A DNA stretch of 64,000 bases, taken from assembly GCA_040879805.1 (NCBI GenBank), contig JBBDJP010000001.1, forward strand, positions 66,173 to 130,172, read 5' to 3'. A program made the translations under genes and the position numbers. The notes beneath the pieces are model-generated. The model searched no databases and had not been told where the DNA came from. It saw nothing but the letters and a program-made list of their open reading frames with translations. The stretch is from Candidatus Pacearchaeota archaeon. GTDB taxonomy: Archaea; Nanobdellota; Nanobdellia; Pacearchaeales; GW2011-AR1. Positions 37,342 through 47,406 of this stretch are shown here, piece by piece. The stretch's first letter is position 1. Every line of letters begins with the position of its first letter.

Positions 37342-38334
37342 TTATCTTTTTTTCGCGAAAGTTTTTGCCACAATTAATGGAAACAATATAGTCGCATCTC
37401 CATGAACTTTTATTGATTCGGAATTTTTACTCTTGACTTTACCCCATGAAACTGCCTCATCAGGTCTGGCATTGGAATCTGCGCCATCCCATTCTTCACC
37501 AGAATTTATGTAAACCGCATAATCTGCACCGTTCCTCATCATATTTGCATTACAAATATGATGCTTCATGATTCCAGAGCCAAGAAGGATAATCCCTGTT
37601 TTCTTTCTTGTTATAGTATATTCATTTAATTTATGTATATCTCCTACTATATCAAGTTTAAAATCAGGATTCTTATACATAAAAAAATGGATCATGTCTC
37701 CAGTACTCCCATCAGTAATTGCAGGACAATAAACATCTATATCATTTTTCCAACACCAATACAAAATACTTTCCTCATTGTCAATTTTCTTACCAAGAAT
37801 TTTCACAAATTCGGATACAGAGATTATTTTTCCGTTTTCTTTCTGATCTTTATTAATTATCTCTAAAAGAGGATTCATAAATTCTTCATATTTTATATAT
37901 CTTGAATTCGGAACAAAAATATTTCCAGTTCTATTTATTCCTTTAGATCTAAGAAGCTCTCCCGAAGCAGAAAATTTACCTATTTTAAAATCACCAAGAC
38001 ATTTTATTATATCTTCTTCTATACCTCCTGCAGTTGTTACAAAAACATCAATCATTTTGTTCTTTGCAAGATACCTAACAATATCTCTTACACCTGAAGT
38101 AATCAAATTTGAGCTGCAACCCAGAAAAACAGTTACTTTTTCTTTAATCATTTTTTCTATGATCTTTACCGCCTTTCCAAAATGACTTGCCTGGAAACCT
38201 GTTGATAAATAACTATCCAAAATTTTCTCATAATTAACTCCTTTATCAAAATCATAACCTTTTACTGAAATTCCTTCTACTTCTTTAGATTCCTTAAATA
38301 TGCTCTCTCTCGAAATTTTTTCCGATTCTTTCAT
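37342..38334 (-). CDS. Deoxyhypusine synthase
   Basis: GFQASH, TTAGGIEED, CPAITDGS.GD, KHHICNAN, EAVSWGK. Confidence 0.96.
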   Translation of the reverse strand: MKESEKISRESIFKESKEVEGISVKGYDFDKGVNYEKILDSYLSTGFQASHFGKAVKIIEKMIKEKVTVFLGCSSNLITSGVRDIVRYLAKNKMIDVFVTTAGGIEEDIIKCLGDFKIGKFSASGELLRSKGINRTGNIFVPNSRYIKYEEFMNPLLEIINKDQKENGKIISVSEFVKILGKKIDNEESILYWCWKNDIDVYCPAITDGSTGDMIHFFMYKNPDFKLDIVGDIHKLNEYTITRKKTGIILLGSGIMKHHICNANMMRNGADYAVYINSGEEWDGADSNARPDEAVSWGKVKSKNSESIKVHGDATILFPLIVAKTFAKKR

Positions 38335-38452
38335 TAAAATAAAACAAAAACATGTCTTTTAAGCTTAACTACTCCACCACAAAAATCTTTTTAAATGTAA
38401 AAGTATACTAAAATATATGGTTAAAGATATCATAGCTGACTAAAATTTTAAA

Positions 38453-38668
38453 ATGAATAAATGGATTGAACTTATACTTGGGCTTATACTTTTGGTAGGA
38501 ATAATTTTAGTAGGATGGGCTTCCTCAGCATATTCTTGGACAATATTTGGAAAAGACCTGAATTTTCTACATTCTGCATGGATATTTCTTAAGGGAGGAA
38601 TTTTCTGGCTTGTTGCCATGATTGCAATTCTACTAATAATTCTTGGAATAAGTGATCTAAAAGAGTGA
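38453..38668 (+). CDS. Small membrane protein
   Basis: 71 aa, two TM helices. Confidence 0.7.
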   Translation: MNKWIELILGLILLVGIILVGWASSAYSWTIFGKDLNFLHSAWIFLKGGIFWLVAMIAILLIILGISDLKE

Positions 38669-38670
38669 TA

Positions 38671-39270
38671 TTATCTAGATAAAAAAATTAGGCTTCCCTC
38701 TATAATTGCTGCAATAATAAGGAGGGGTAAAACAACTAAAAAGAAAACTCTTAACGAATTCAGAATATAATTTTTAAATGTGTTTACTTTGTCTTTTTCA
38801 AAAATAAAAGTTCCTAATTTTAATCCAAGTCCAAGTGATATGAATAATGCAGGTAATTCGAAAATTCCATGAGGAACTAAATTCCATAAAGTCAAAAAGC
38901 CTGCCATTTCTACAGATTTAGCTGCCACATAACCAACAAGATATCCATTTATAACTGTGGAAATAAAAGGAAAGATACCAAAAAACAACCCAAAGATTAA
39001 TCCAAAAAAACTAGCCTGGATATTATTCAAAAAAATAAATTTTACAAGTTCGCTTTGAGACATTCCTTCAGTACTTAAAATTAATTCTTCAATAAAAATC
39101 AAAATTTTTTCTTCTAAAACAAGAGGGGCAGGAACCAAAGATCCAACCAATATAAAAAGAAAAAAGATTCCAATAATAGTATAAATAAAATTTTTAGATT
39201 CGTTCAAAAATCTAAAACATTCAAAATAATTTGTTATTAGGAAGTTCTTGTTAGTTTTTCTCATAAACAA
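38671..39270 (-). CDS. SpoIIM/DUF95-family membrane protein
   Basis: IFLNN, NG..VG, PHGIFELPA, AAIIEG. Confidence 0.9.
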   Translation of the reverse strand: MFMRKTNKNFLITNYFECFRFLNESKNFIYTIIGIFFLFILVGSLVPAPLVLEEKILIFIEELILSTEGMSQSELVKFIFLNNIQASFFGLIFGLFFGIFPFISTVINGYLVGYVAAKSVEMAGFLTLWNLVPHGIFELPALFISLGLGLKLGTFIFEKDKVNTFKNYILNSLRVFFLVVLPLLIIAAIIEGSLIFLSR

Positions 39271-39282
39271 CCTAAATTTTTT

Positions 39283-39954
39283 CTATTTAAAATGGTTTCT
39301 AATCATTCTTGTTTTTCTCTTGTATTTTTTTCTCAAATAAATTCCATATGTAAGTCCTATTATAAGACCTCCCAAGTGTGCAGTATTTCCAATAGGAATA
39401 TCAGCCCACACTGAAATCAGCCAAAGCAAAACAAGGATCCCTGGACCTGCATACTTCATTTTTATTGGTACTGGGATAAACATCGCATAAACTGGAAGAT
39501 TTGGAGTCAAAAGAACAAGTAATCCGACCAAACCAAATAATGCTCCAGAGGCACCTACTGCCCCAAGACCTGAGGGAAAAATCAGCTCAAAAATTATGTA
39601 AAGTAATCCTGCAAATAATCCTGAAATCATATAAAATCCAAAATACCTCTTAGGTCCTAAAATTTTTTCTAGAAGTCCTCCTAAAAAAAACAATGAAAGC
39701 ATATTCACAAAAAGGTGGAAAAATCCCCCATGCATAAACATGCTTGTTAAAAAAGTCCAAAACCTAAAATTTTCTATATTTTCCAATGAAAGGGCTATAT
39801 TATTACTAAAAAAAGTTTCAGAAAAAACTCCTGTAAGAAGCAAGCCCCATACAAAAACAAATAAAATTACATTTGTAAATATTATGTTTGAGTTCACACT
39901 AAAATAGCTAAAAATATTTCTCCCACTTTTAGATGAAAAGGTGTATTTTTTCAT
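39283..39954 (-). CDS. Rhomboid intramembrane serine protease
   Basis: FMHG..HL..NM, GASGA, AHLGG. Confidence 0.95.
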   Translation of the reverse strand: MKKYTFSSKSGRNIFSYFSVNSNIIFTNVILFVFVWGLLLTGVFSETFFSNNIALSLENIENFRFWTFLTSMFMHGGFFHLFVNMLSLFFLGGLLEKILGPKRYFGFYMISGLFAGLLYIIFELIFPSGLGAVGASGALFGLVGLLVLLTPNLPVYAMFIPVPIKMKYAGPGILVLLWLISVWADIPIGNTAHLGGLIIGLTYGIYLRKKYKRKTRMIRNHFK

Positions 39955-39961
39955 TATTTAA

Positions 39962-40837
39962 TTACTTAGATTTTTTAGAAGACTTTTTTTTCTTTTTTGT
40001 GCTCTTGCTTGTTTTTGATTTTTTCTTCACTACTTTTTTTGTTTTTCTTTTTGTTGAACTCTTTGATTTTGGCTTTTTGGGACTTTTCTTTTTTGTGCTC
40101 TTGCTTGTTTTTTTACTTTTAGATTTTGACTCTTTTTTCTTGGCTCTCTCTTTTTTCCTCTTGGCTCTTTTAGCAGCACGCTTTCTTTTTTTCGCCCTTT
40201 GCTCTCTTTTATATTTCCTAATCTTTATTTTCTCCAGTCTCTCCTGCTCTTTTTTAATTTCTTTATCAATTAACTCAATATTCTCTTTCAATTTAGATAG
40301 ATTTTTTTTCATTCCCTTCAAAACTTTCCTATTATCTTTTACAGTGAAGATGGCCCCACATTCATGGCATAAAAAATCTTGATTTAGTGCGTTTTCTTCT
40401 GTTAATTCTATATTACACCTTTTACAAACATAAAATCTCTCTGTTTCTCTAAGATTTATTTGTCTTTCAACTTGAGACTTTTTCTTAAGAAAATGTGTTT
40501 TTACAAATTCAAGGGCTTTCAAAACTTCTATTTTCCAAAAATAAGTATACCATCCTTTTTTCTTATCTTTTTTCCTTATTGAAGAAAGTAATCCATGATC
40601 AGAAATTTTGTAAAGGATATTTCTGGTTTGATTTATAGTTATATCTAATTTTTTTGCCAGAAGAAATTCATTCACGTGTTTTTTAGAGTATAATAATTTC
40701 ACTATTTCTTCACTATTTCTTCCAACAGTTAAAGTTATTGCTTCTTCAAGAAATTTTTTCAAAGAATCAGAATCACCCTTTTTACTTGATTTTTTCTTCT
40801 TTATTATTTTTTCTTCTTTTTTCTTTTTATTTGGCAT
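39962..40837 (-). CDS. tfe: Transcription factor E (TFE alpha) with Lys-rich tails
   Basis: wHTH LAKKL....NQTRNILY.., GWYTYFW, Zn ribbon CKRC..CHECG. Confidence 0.9.
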   Translation of the reverse strand: MPNKKKKEEKIIKKKKSSKKGDSDSLKKFLEEAITLTVGRNSEEIVKLLYSKKHVNEFLLAKKLDITINQTRNILYKISDHGLLSSIRKKDKKKGWYTYFWKIEVLKALEFVKTHFLKKKSQVERQINLRETERFYVCKRCNIELTEENALNQDFLCHECGAIFTVKDNRKVLKGMKKNLSKLKENIELIDKEIKKEQERLEKIKIRKYKREQRAKKRKRAAKRAKRKKERAKKKESKSKSKKTSKSTKKKSPKKPKSKSSTKRKTKKVVKKKSKTSKSTKKKKKSSKKSK

Positions 40838-40945
40838 TTCAAAATTAAAAATGATTTAAATATATACCTTTCGGTTTACTACTTAAAAAGGTTTTTAAAC
40901 TGAGAGTTATTATATATTTTACAATATCTATATTCAATTGATAAA

Positions 40946-41461
40946 ATGGGACTATTTAGCAAAAAAAAAGAGGCTGAGCAAAAAGAGTTTCCTTCTCTTC
41001 CACAACTTCCAAAATTGCCTAAAATGGAAGGTATTGAAGAAAAACCTCGTAAGGAACCTCTTCACCAATTACCTAGTTATCCTCCCGGATCACTTGGAAC
41101 AAAATTTTCTCACGACACAATAAAAGATGCAGTTTCAGGAGAAAAAAGCGGGAATTCTTTTGATGAAGATGATATGAGGGTAATACAGAGTTCTTCAAAA
41201 AATTCAGTAAGAACTAGAGAAATTAGGGGAGACAAAGATGATATTGGGGGGCCTGTTTTTATTAGGATAGATAAATTTGAAGATGCCTTAAATGTTTTCA
41301 AAGAATCTAAAAGAAAGATTTCTGAAATAGAAAAAGTATTAGAAGAAATAAAAAAAGTTAAAGAGAAAGAAGATAAAGAATTTCATTCTTGGGAACAAGA
41401 AGTGAGATCTATGAAAGAAAAAATAGCTAAAATAGATAGAGATATTTTCTCAAAAGTATGA
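40946..41461 (+). CDS. Hypothetical protein, Pro-rich N-terminus and C-terminal coiled coil
   Basis: MGLFSKKK, PVFIRIDKF followed by heptad repeats. Confidence 0.75.
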   Translation: MGLFSKKKEAEQKEFPSLPQLPKLPKMEGIEEKPRKEPLHQLPSYPPGSLGTKFSHDTIKDAVSGEKSGNSFDEDDMRVIQSSSKNSVRTREIRGDKDDIGGPVFIRIDKFEDALNVFKESKRKISEIEKVLEEIKKVKEKEDKEFHSWEQEVRSMKEKIAKIDRDIFSKV

Positions 41462-41462
41462 A

Positions 41463-41828
41463 ATGGTAAAAGAAAATTTAATCCATATAAGGCTAGATTA
41501 TTCCGAATCAATCGATGCAAAAAAAGACATTCTTTCTTCTCAAATGGGTTTGTTAAAAATTGCAGGAAATATGAAAGATTATTATTTCTATAGAAGTGAA
41601 GAAATAGAATTTAAACAACTTCTATATAAAAAAATTAAAGAATTTAAATCAAGCCTTGGACTACTGGAAAAAACTTTGCCTAAGGCAAAAATCCCACAAA
41701 TTCTTAAAGAGGAGAATTATAAAAAGGATGAAAAAACAAAAAATAGAAGAAAACCTAGTGGAGATATTGAAGAGCAGTTAGAAGAAATTCAAAGAAGGCT
41801 TAGAGAACTTCAAGAAAGAAATGTTTAA
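41463..41828 (+). CDS. Hypothetical coiled-coil protein
   Basis: Starts 1 bp after the previous gene; helical, IEEQLEEIQRRL tail. Confidence 0.7.
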   Translation: MVKENLIHIRLDYSESIDAKKDILSSQMGLLKIAGNMKDYYFYRSEEIEFKQLLYKKIKEFKSSLGLLEKTLPKAKIPQILKEENYKKDEKTKNRRKPSGDIEEQLEEIQRRLRELQERNV

Positions 41829-41863
41829 GAAATATTTTAAAACTCTGATTCTATTTTAAATAT

Positions 41864-43630
41864 ATGAAATGGACAAGAAAAAAATTAATTAAATCCTACT
41901 TAGAATTCTTCAAATCTAAAGATCACAAGATTCTCCCTTCATCATCTCTTGTCCCTGAAAACGACCCTACAGTTCTTTTTACAACTGCAGGAATGCATCC
42001 CCTTGTTCCCTATCTTCTTGGACAAAAACATCCTCTTGGAAAAAGATTTGTAAATGTTCAGAAATGTATCCGAACTACAGATATTGAAGAGGTAGGCGAT
42101 GAAACTCACCATACTTTTTTTGAAATGCTTGGAAACTGGTCTTTTGGAGATTATTGGAAAAAGGATGCAATAAAATATACTTTTGAATTTCATACTAAGA
42201 TTCTTGGTATTCCTTTAAGTCATTATGCAATCAGTGTTTTTGAAGGTGATAAAGATGCCTCCCAAGATAAAGAATCTGCAGAAATTTGGGAATCTATTGG
42301 AGTTCCTAAAGAAAGAATAGCATTTCTTTCAAAAAAAGAAAACTGGTGGGGTCCTGCAGGAGAAACCGGACCTTGTGGACCTGACACTGAACAATTCTAT
42401 TGGATTGGAAAGGAAAACCCTCCAAAAAAATTTGTTCCTGAGGACAAAAGATGGATTGAAATCGGGAATGATGTTTTAATGCAATATATTAAAAATAAAT
42501 CGGGAAATTTCAAAGAAGCTAAACAAAAAAATGTTGACTTTGGAGGAGGTGTGGAAAGAACTGTCGCAGTTCTAAATGGACTTAAAGATAATTATCTAGC
42601 GGATATGTGGAAACCAATTATAGAAAAAATTGAACACCTTTCTGGAAAAACTTATGAAAAAAACAAAAGAACAATGAGAGTTATCGCAGATCACACAAAA
42701 GCCGCAGTATTCATAATTGCCGACGGCGTCAAACCAAGTAACACTGGGAGAGGGTATGTTTTGAGAAGGCTTATTAGGAGAGCAATTGTCAATTTGAGAA
42801 AGCTAGGATTTGTAGGAACAGATTTAATAAATCCTATCGCAGAACCAATTTTTGAGCTTTATGACGATTATGGTGAATTGGAAGGAAATAAAAAGAAGAT
42901 CCTTAAGGAAATAGAAAAAGAGGAAAATAAGTTTGAAAAGACTCTTGACAAAGGAATGAAAATCTTCGACAAAGTTGTAAAAGGTAAAACTCTTTCTGGA
43001 AAAGATGCATTCTTACTTTATCAAAGTTATGGATTCCCTATAGAATTAACGAGAGAGATTGCAAAAGACAGAGAAATAGATCTTGATGAAGGAAGTTTTG
43101 AAAAAGAACTTCAAAAACACAAAGATCTTTCAAAAACAGCATCTAAAGGAAAATTTGCTTCTGGACTGGCAGACCATTCTGAAAAAACAACAAGACTTCA
43201 TACCGCAACACATCTTCTTAATGAATCTCTAAGACAAGTTTTGAACAAAAACATAAAACAAAAAGGTTCAAACATAACTCCTGAAAGATTAAGGTTTGAT
43301 TTTGATTTTCCAAGAAAACTTACTAAAGAAGAAATAAAAAAAATTGAAGATCTTGTAAATAAAAAAATCGGTGAGGGCCTTAAAGTTACATCTAAAGAAA
43401 TGTCTCTTGAAAAAGCTCTAGAATCAGGAGCCCAGTCAGAATTTGGAGCTAAGTATCCTAAAAGAGTTTCTGTTTATAGTATTGGAGATTTTAGCAAAGA
43501 AATTTGTACTGGACCACATGTAAAAAATACCAAAGAAATTGGAAAATTTAATATTACAAAAGAACAATCTTCTGCTGCAGGCATTAGAAGAATAAAGGCA
43601 ATTGTTGAGAAATCAAATAAAAAAGATTAA
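41864..43630 (+). CDS. alaS: Alanyl-tRNA synthetase, short form lacking the C-Ala domain
   Basis: FTTAGM, QKCIRT, H.TFFEMLGN, GPCGP, RGYVLRRLIRR, editing HTATH..EICTGPH, GIRRIKA. Confidence 0.96.
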   Translation: MKWTRKKLIKSYLEFFKSKDHKILPSSSLVPENDPTVLFTTAGMHPLVPYLLGQKHPLGKRFVNVQKCIRTTDIEEVGDETHHTFFEMLGNWSFGDYWKKDAIKYTFEFHTKILGIPLSHYAISVFEGDKDASQDKESAEIWESIGVPKERIAFLSKKENWWGPAGETGPCGPDTEQFYWIGKENPPKKFVPEDKRWIEIGNDVLMQYIKNKSGNFKEAKQKNVDFGGGVERTVAVLNGLKDNYLADMWKPIIEKIEHLSGKTYEKNKRTMRVIADHTKAAVFIIADGVKPSNTGRGYVLRRLIRRAIVNLRKLGFVGTDLINPIAEPIFELYDDYGELEGNKKKILKEIEKEENKFEKTLDKGMKIFDKVVKGKTLSGKDAFLLYQSYGFPIELTREIAKDREIDLDEGSFEKELQKHKDLSKTASKGKFASGLADHSEKTTRLHTATHLLNESLRQVLNKNIKQKGSNITPERLRFDFDFPRKLTKEEIKKIEDLVNKKIGEGLKVTSKEMSLEKALESGAQSEFGAKYPKRVSVYSIGDFSKEICTGPHVKNTKEIGKFNITKEQSSAAGIRRIKAIVEKSNKKD

Positions 43631-44742
43631 TTTAATTCATAATCTCCATCAAGACCATATCTTTCTCTTATATTATCATATCTCCAAGACTTTAAAATTC
43701 CTATAAAACTTCTATCACGTATTTGTTTTAGAGTCTGGGCATCTCTATATTCCTTCATGTTTTCAGGAAGAGAAATTCCTTCAGAAATAATCATTACTTC
43801 AGGGACCGATTCAAGTTTAATCCCTCCTATAAACTCCATTTCATGATCAGAAATTATTGAAGGACCTCCAGTCTCAACGAAGCAAAATCCAGTCCCATAT
43901 AAGCTTTCTTTGACAGGACATTTTATTCCTACAGCCTCATGGTTCTCTTCAACAAAATAAAATATTGAAACTCCAAATCCAAGTTCTTTTAATAAAAATG
44001 ATGCAAGCTCAGATTTTTCACCACAAATTCCTTGATTTTCAAACAAAATTTCATAAGGATATCTAGAATAATCTACTTCTTCATCTCCAAAAGAAAAAGT
44101 CTTGTTTGAAGATCCATAAGGAATATTTTGAACTATACTTAATGCTATTCTTGCCTGATCTGTTTTACTGTCTGGAGCAAGATTCTGAATTTTTTTAACT
44201 AAAGGCATAAGCATTGCTCTTTGAACTTCTTCATTTACACTAAGAAGTTTAAAATTCGTCCTAAATGGAATTTCGTCACTTTCATAAACTATCTCTCTTG
44301 TTACGTTTGAGACATATTCATTTACTTCTTCATAAACCGTATAATTGAACCTATGTATTTCCCCTTCTAATAGATATTTTAAAGGTACATCCTTAGAACT
44401 TGTGCCTTGATTGGGAACACAAAAATCTCCATCCTTCTTAAAATTAAAACTTTCAGGACTTTCACAACCACACAGTGAGGCTTTTTCTGTCAAAATTCCT
44501 TCTTCACAGTAAAATGGCTTGTCTAAAGAACAAGTCTCATAAAAAGTTCCGTCTCCACACTTAGAAATTTCTTCACTTTTTGGCTCTAAAGAAGCTAAAT
44601 ATGCTGCAAAAAATGTCAATATCAGGACTAATAGAAATATAATTACAATATAGAAAAATTTATGCCTAAAGATATTCTTTTTTTTCAGAGAATTTTTTTC
44701 AAGGCTATCTTCTTGAAAGGAATCACTTTTTTTCTTTGCCAT
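43627..44742 (-). CDS. Membrane-anchored transglutaminase-like Cys-protease-fold protein
   Basis: TM anchor, Cys-rich segment, VQNIPY, YPYE.L....GICGEKS.L, NHEAVG, VET. Confidence 0.75.
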   Translation of the reverse strand: MAKKKSDSFQEDSLEKNSLKKKNIFRHKFFYIVIIFLLVLILTFFAAYLASLEPKSEEISKCGDGTFYETCSLDKPFYCEEGILTEKASLCGCESPESFNFKKDGDFCVPNQGTSSKDVPLKYLLEGEIHRFNYTVYEEVNEYVSNVTREIVYESDEIPFRTNFKLLSVNEEVQRAMLMPLVKKIQNLAPDSKTDQARIALSIVQNIPYGSSNKTFSFGDEEVDYSRYPYEILFENQGICGEKSELASFLLKELGFGVSIFYFVEENHEAVGIKCPVKESLYGTGFCFVETGGPSIISDHEMEFIGGIKLESVPEVMIISEGISLPENMKEYRDAQTLKQIRDRSFIGILKSWRYDNIRERYGLDGDYELN

Positions 44743-44856
44743 AACAACAATCTTTAGAAGAATAATTATAAAAAACTATCTATGTGTCTGTCTTGGCTCA
44801 AGACTAGTATTGTACTTTTTCAACAAATTTAAATAATCTCTTATAATAAAAAACAT

Positions 44857-45375
44857 ATGAAAAAAATTCAGGCCCATCTTATAGGAGAAACCATATTTAG
44901 CAATTCTTCAGAAGCATTTTCATTACATAAAAAAAGTCATTTTGGAGAGCCATCTGGTGAAAAAGTAATATATTCTTTATCTGAGGCACTTTTTCTTATA
45001 GAGGAAAATAAATTAGAAGTTTTAAGCCAAAAGAAAATTTTATCATTTGATGAATTAATGAGAAAATCACGAAGGTTTGATAAAAAAATACAAATAAAAT
45101 ATCCTGTATTCAAGAATTTAAGAAAAAAAGGAAATATAGTAAAAACGGCTCTAAAGTTTGGAGCTGATTTCAGAGTTTATGAAAAAGGTACAGGACCTGG
45201 AAAAAAACACGCAAAATGGATTGTATTTGTAGATCATGAATCAAAAAGAACTTCTTGGCAAGACTTTTCCGCAAAAAATCGTGTAGCACACAGCACAAAA
45301 AAAAAGCTTCTTATCGCAATTGTTGATAATGAAAATGATGTGAGTTACTATGAAATTAAATGGCTAAAATTCTAA
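44857..45375 (+). CDS. endA: tRNA-splicing endonuclease
   Basis: KFGADFRVY, KHA, RVAHSTKK, single unit of 172 aa. Confidence 0.95.
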   Translation: MKKIQAHLIGETIFSNSSEAFSLHKKSHFGEPSGEKVIYSLSEALFLIEENKLEVLSQKKILSFDELMRKSRRFDKKIQIKYPVFKNLRKKGNIVKTALKFGADFRVYEKGTGPGKKHAKWIVFVDHESKRTSWQDFSAKNRVAHSTKKKLLIAIVDNENDVSYYEIKWLKF

Positions 45376-45413
45376 CACAAAATCTTTATAACTATTCTTT
45401 AATTATCTTTCAT

Positions 45414-46316
45414 ATGCCCACACAAAATACTTCAGAAATAAAAAATAAAATAATTAGTATTCTTAGAAAAAACGGTCCAAGTCTTCCAGTACACATCTCA
45501 AAAGAGATACAATCAAATTCTTTATTTACTTCTGCATTCCTATCAGAACTTTCTTCAGAAAAAAAAATAAGAATGAGTAATATGAAAATAGGAAGTTCTT
45601 CATTGTACTTTTTACCAGGACAGGAAAAATATCTTGACAAATTTTCTCACCATTTAAAAAGTAAAGAAAAAGAGGCCTACGATATCCTTAAGAATAAAAA
45701 AATTCTCAAAGATTCTGAGCAAGAACCTGCAATCAGGGTAGCACTTAGAGCGTTGAAAGACTTTGCAATACCTTATAAAAAAGGGGAAGAAATATTCTGG
45801 AGATTTTTTAATATTTCTGAAGATGAAGTTAAAGATAAAAAAACTATTGAAAAAACAACTCAAATACCTGTTGAGAATGCAGAATCCAAAAACAATACTA
45901 ATGAATCTTTAAATATATTTGATAAAAATAATTCTGGGAAAGATTATGGGGAAAAAATAGAAAAAGAAAAAATATCTAAAAAAAAGAGAAATTCTGGAAA
46001 AACCTCTGGAAAAAACGAAAGTGATTTCTTTATGAAAATTAAATCATTTCTTGAGAAAAATTCAATTGTTCTTTTAGATATCTTAAACTTTAACAAAAAA
46101 GAAATAATCCTCCGAGTAGAAGAAGAATCTGAAGAAAAGATTCTTATAGCATATGATAAAAAAAGGGTTAATGAAAAAGATATTATCAAATCATTTGATA
46201 AAACAAAAGAGTTTGGAGAAAAATACATAATTTTAATAAAAGGTTCCCCTTACAAAAAAACAAAAAAACTTCTAGACGCAGTAAGAGGGCTTGATTCGGT
46301 AAAAAATCTTAAATAA
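45414..46316 (+). CDS. Hypothetical protein with N-terminal winged helix
   Basis: I...L..NGPSLPVHISK...SAFLSEL; start at ATG 45414. Confidence 0.75.
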   Translation: MPTQNTSEIKNKIISILRKNGPSLPVHISKEIQSNSLFTSAFLSELSSEKKIRMSNMKIGSSSLYFLPGQEKYLDKFSHHLKSKEKEAYDILKNKKILKDSEQEPAIRVALRALKDFAIPYKKGEEIFWRFFNISEDEVKDKKTIEKTTQIPVENAESKNNTNESLNIFDKNNSGKDYGEKIEKEKISKKKRNSGKTSGKNESDFFMKIKSFLEKNSIVLLDILNFNKKEIILRVEEESEEKILIAYDKKRVNEKDIIKSFDKTKEFGEKYIILIKGSPYKKTKKLLDAVRGLDSVKNLK

Positions 46317-46350
46317 TAACGTTTAAAAACAAACCTTTCCAGAATTTAAT

Positions 46351-46554
46351 ATGGGAAAAATAAAATCAAAACTCATTAAAAGAACTGCAAAAGAACTGCA
46401 AAAGAAAGGTATTGAGTTTAGTGAGGATTTTGAAGAAAATAAGAAAATTCTTGGAAAAACTATGCCTAGTAAAAAGATAAGGAACCAAATAGCAGGTTTT
46501 TTGACTAGAGAGAGAAAAAGAGAAAGGTATGAAAAAGAACTTTTGTCAGAATAA
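46351..46554 (+). CDS. rps17e: 30S ribosomal protein S17e
   Basis: MGKIK..IKR.A, DFEENKK, SKKIRNQIAGF. Confidence 0.95.
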   Translation: MGKIKSKLIKRTAKELQKKGIEFSEDFEENKKILGKTMPSKKIRNQIAGFLTRERKRERYEKELLSE

Positions 46555-46566
46555 ATAATTTTAAAA

Positions 46567-46806
46567 CTATTTCTTCTTTGTTCGCTTTTTTGAAATTAAT
46601 TTGTTTACTTTTTTCTTTATATCTTGTATATCTTTATACATTTTCTTTATCTCTTTATTCTTCCGCCAATTCAACACAGCTCCAACAATACTAAAAATTA
46701 CATAAATTATAAGAAGCCCTCCGATGGCTTGAATGATTCCCATTAGAGAATCCATAGGTATTGACACCGATTCTACAACAGTACTAACAATAGTTTCGTT
46801 TACCAT
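46567..46806 (-). CDS. Small single-TM protein with basic tail
   Basis: Hydrophobic segment followed by a coiled, Lys-rich tail. Confidence 0.7.
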   Translation of the reverse strand: MVNETIVSTVVESVSIPMDSLMGIIQAIGGLLIIYVIFSIVGAVLNWRKNKEIKKMYKDIQDIKKKVNKLISKKRTKKK

Positions 46807-46849
46807 TTATTACCTTAAACCTTTTAAACCAAATCTATTTATTAACTTT

Positions 46850-46922
46850 GTCTCTGTAGCTCAGGGTTTAGAGCGCCGCTCTCATGAGGCGGAGGTCGGG
46901 GGTTAAAATCCCCCCAGAGACA
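46850..46922 (+). tRNA. tRNA with CAU anticodon (elongator Met or Ile2), atypical
   Basis: GTCTCTG/CAGAGAC acceptor, CCGCT-CTCATGA-GGCGG anticodon arm, GGGGG-TTAAAAT-CCCCC T arm. Confidence 0.88.
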
Positions 46923-46985
46923 TTACTCTAAGAATAAAACAACCTTTGACACTATGATGAACTATAGAAAAATTATGAAATAATC

Positions 46986-47345
46986 TCACCCCAAATAAAA
47001 CCCTTTATGCCCATCGCCTTTTTTTCTTGGAAGAATATGGAAATGCAAATGTGGAACCCTCTGACCTGCAACCTTCCCATTATTAACTGTGATGTTAAAC
47101 CCTTCAGCCCTGTATTTTTTTAATAATTTCTTTGCAACCTTTTTCACAAATTTCAAATACCCTTCAGAAGTTTCGTCATCCAAATTTAAAATTGTCTCAA
47201 AATGTTTTTTTGGAATTACTAAAGTGTGTCCTTCTCCAACCGGATTCGCATCCGCAAACGCCAAAAATCTTTCATTTTCATACACTTTCTCTGCAGGAAC
47301 CTCTCCACTAACTATTTTACAAAAAATGCAATCACTCTCTATCAT
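46986..47345 (-). CDS. HIT family hydrolase
   Basis: CIFCKI, GHTLVIPK.H, GQ.VPHLHFH. Confidence 0.95.
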   Translation of the reverse strand: MIESDCIFCKIVSGEVPAEKVYENERFLAFADANPVGEGHTLVIPKKHFETILNLDDETSEGYLKFVKKVAKKLLKKYRAEGFNITVNNGKVAGQRVPHLHFHILPRKKGDGHKGFYLG

Positions 47346-47406
47346 AAAGAATTAGAATAAAATATAATTTAAAAATTTAATTGAAAATAAAAAAAGAGAA
47401 AATTTT

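Noticed and set aside
39933..40382. 149-aa Phe/Leu-rich plus-strand ORF resembling a membrane protein
   Set aside because: Antisense shadow of the Lys-rich TFE tail. The same applies to 47381-47641 (shadow of the H1-like gene) and to the other short ORFs nested inside recognised genes.
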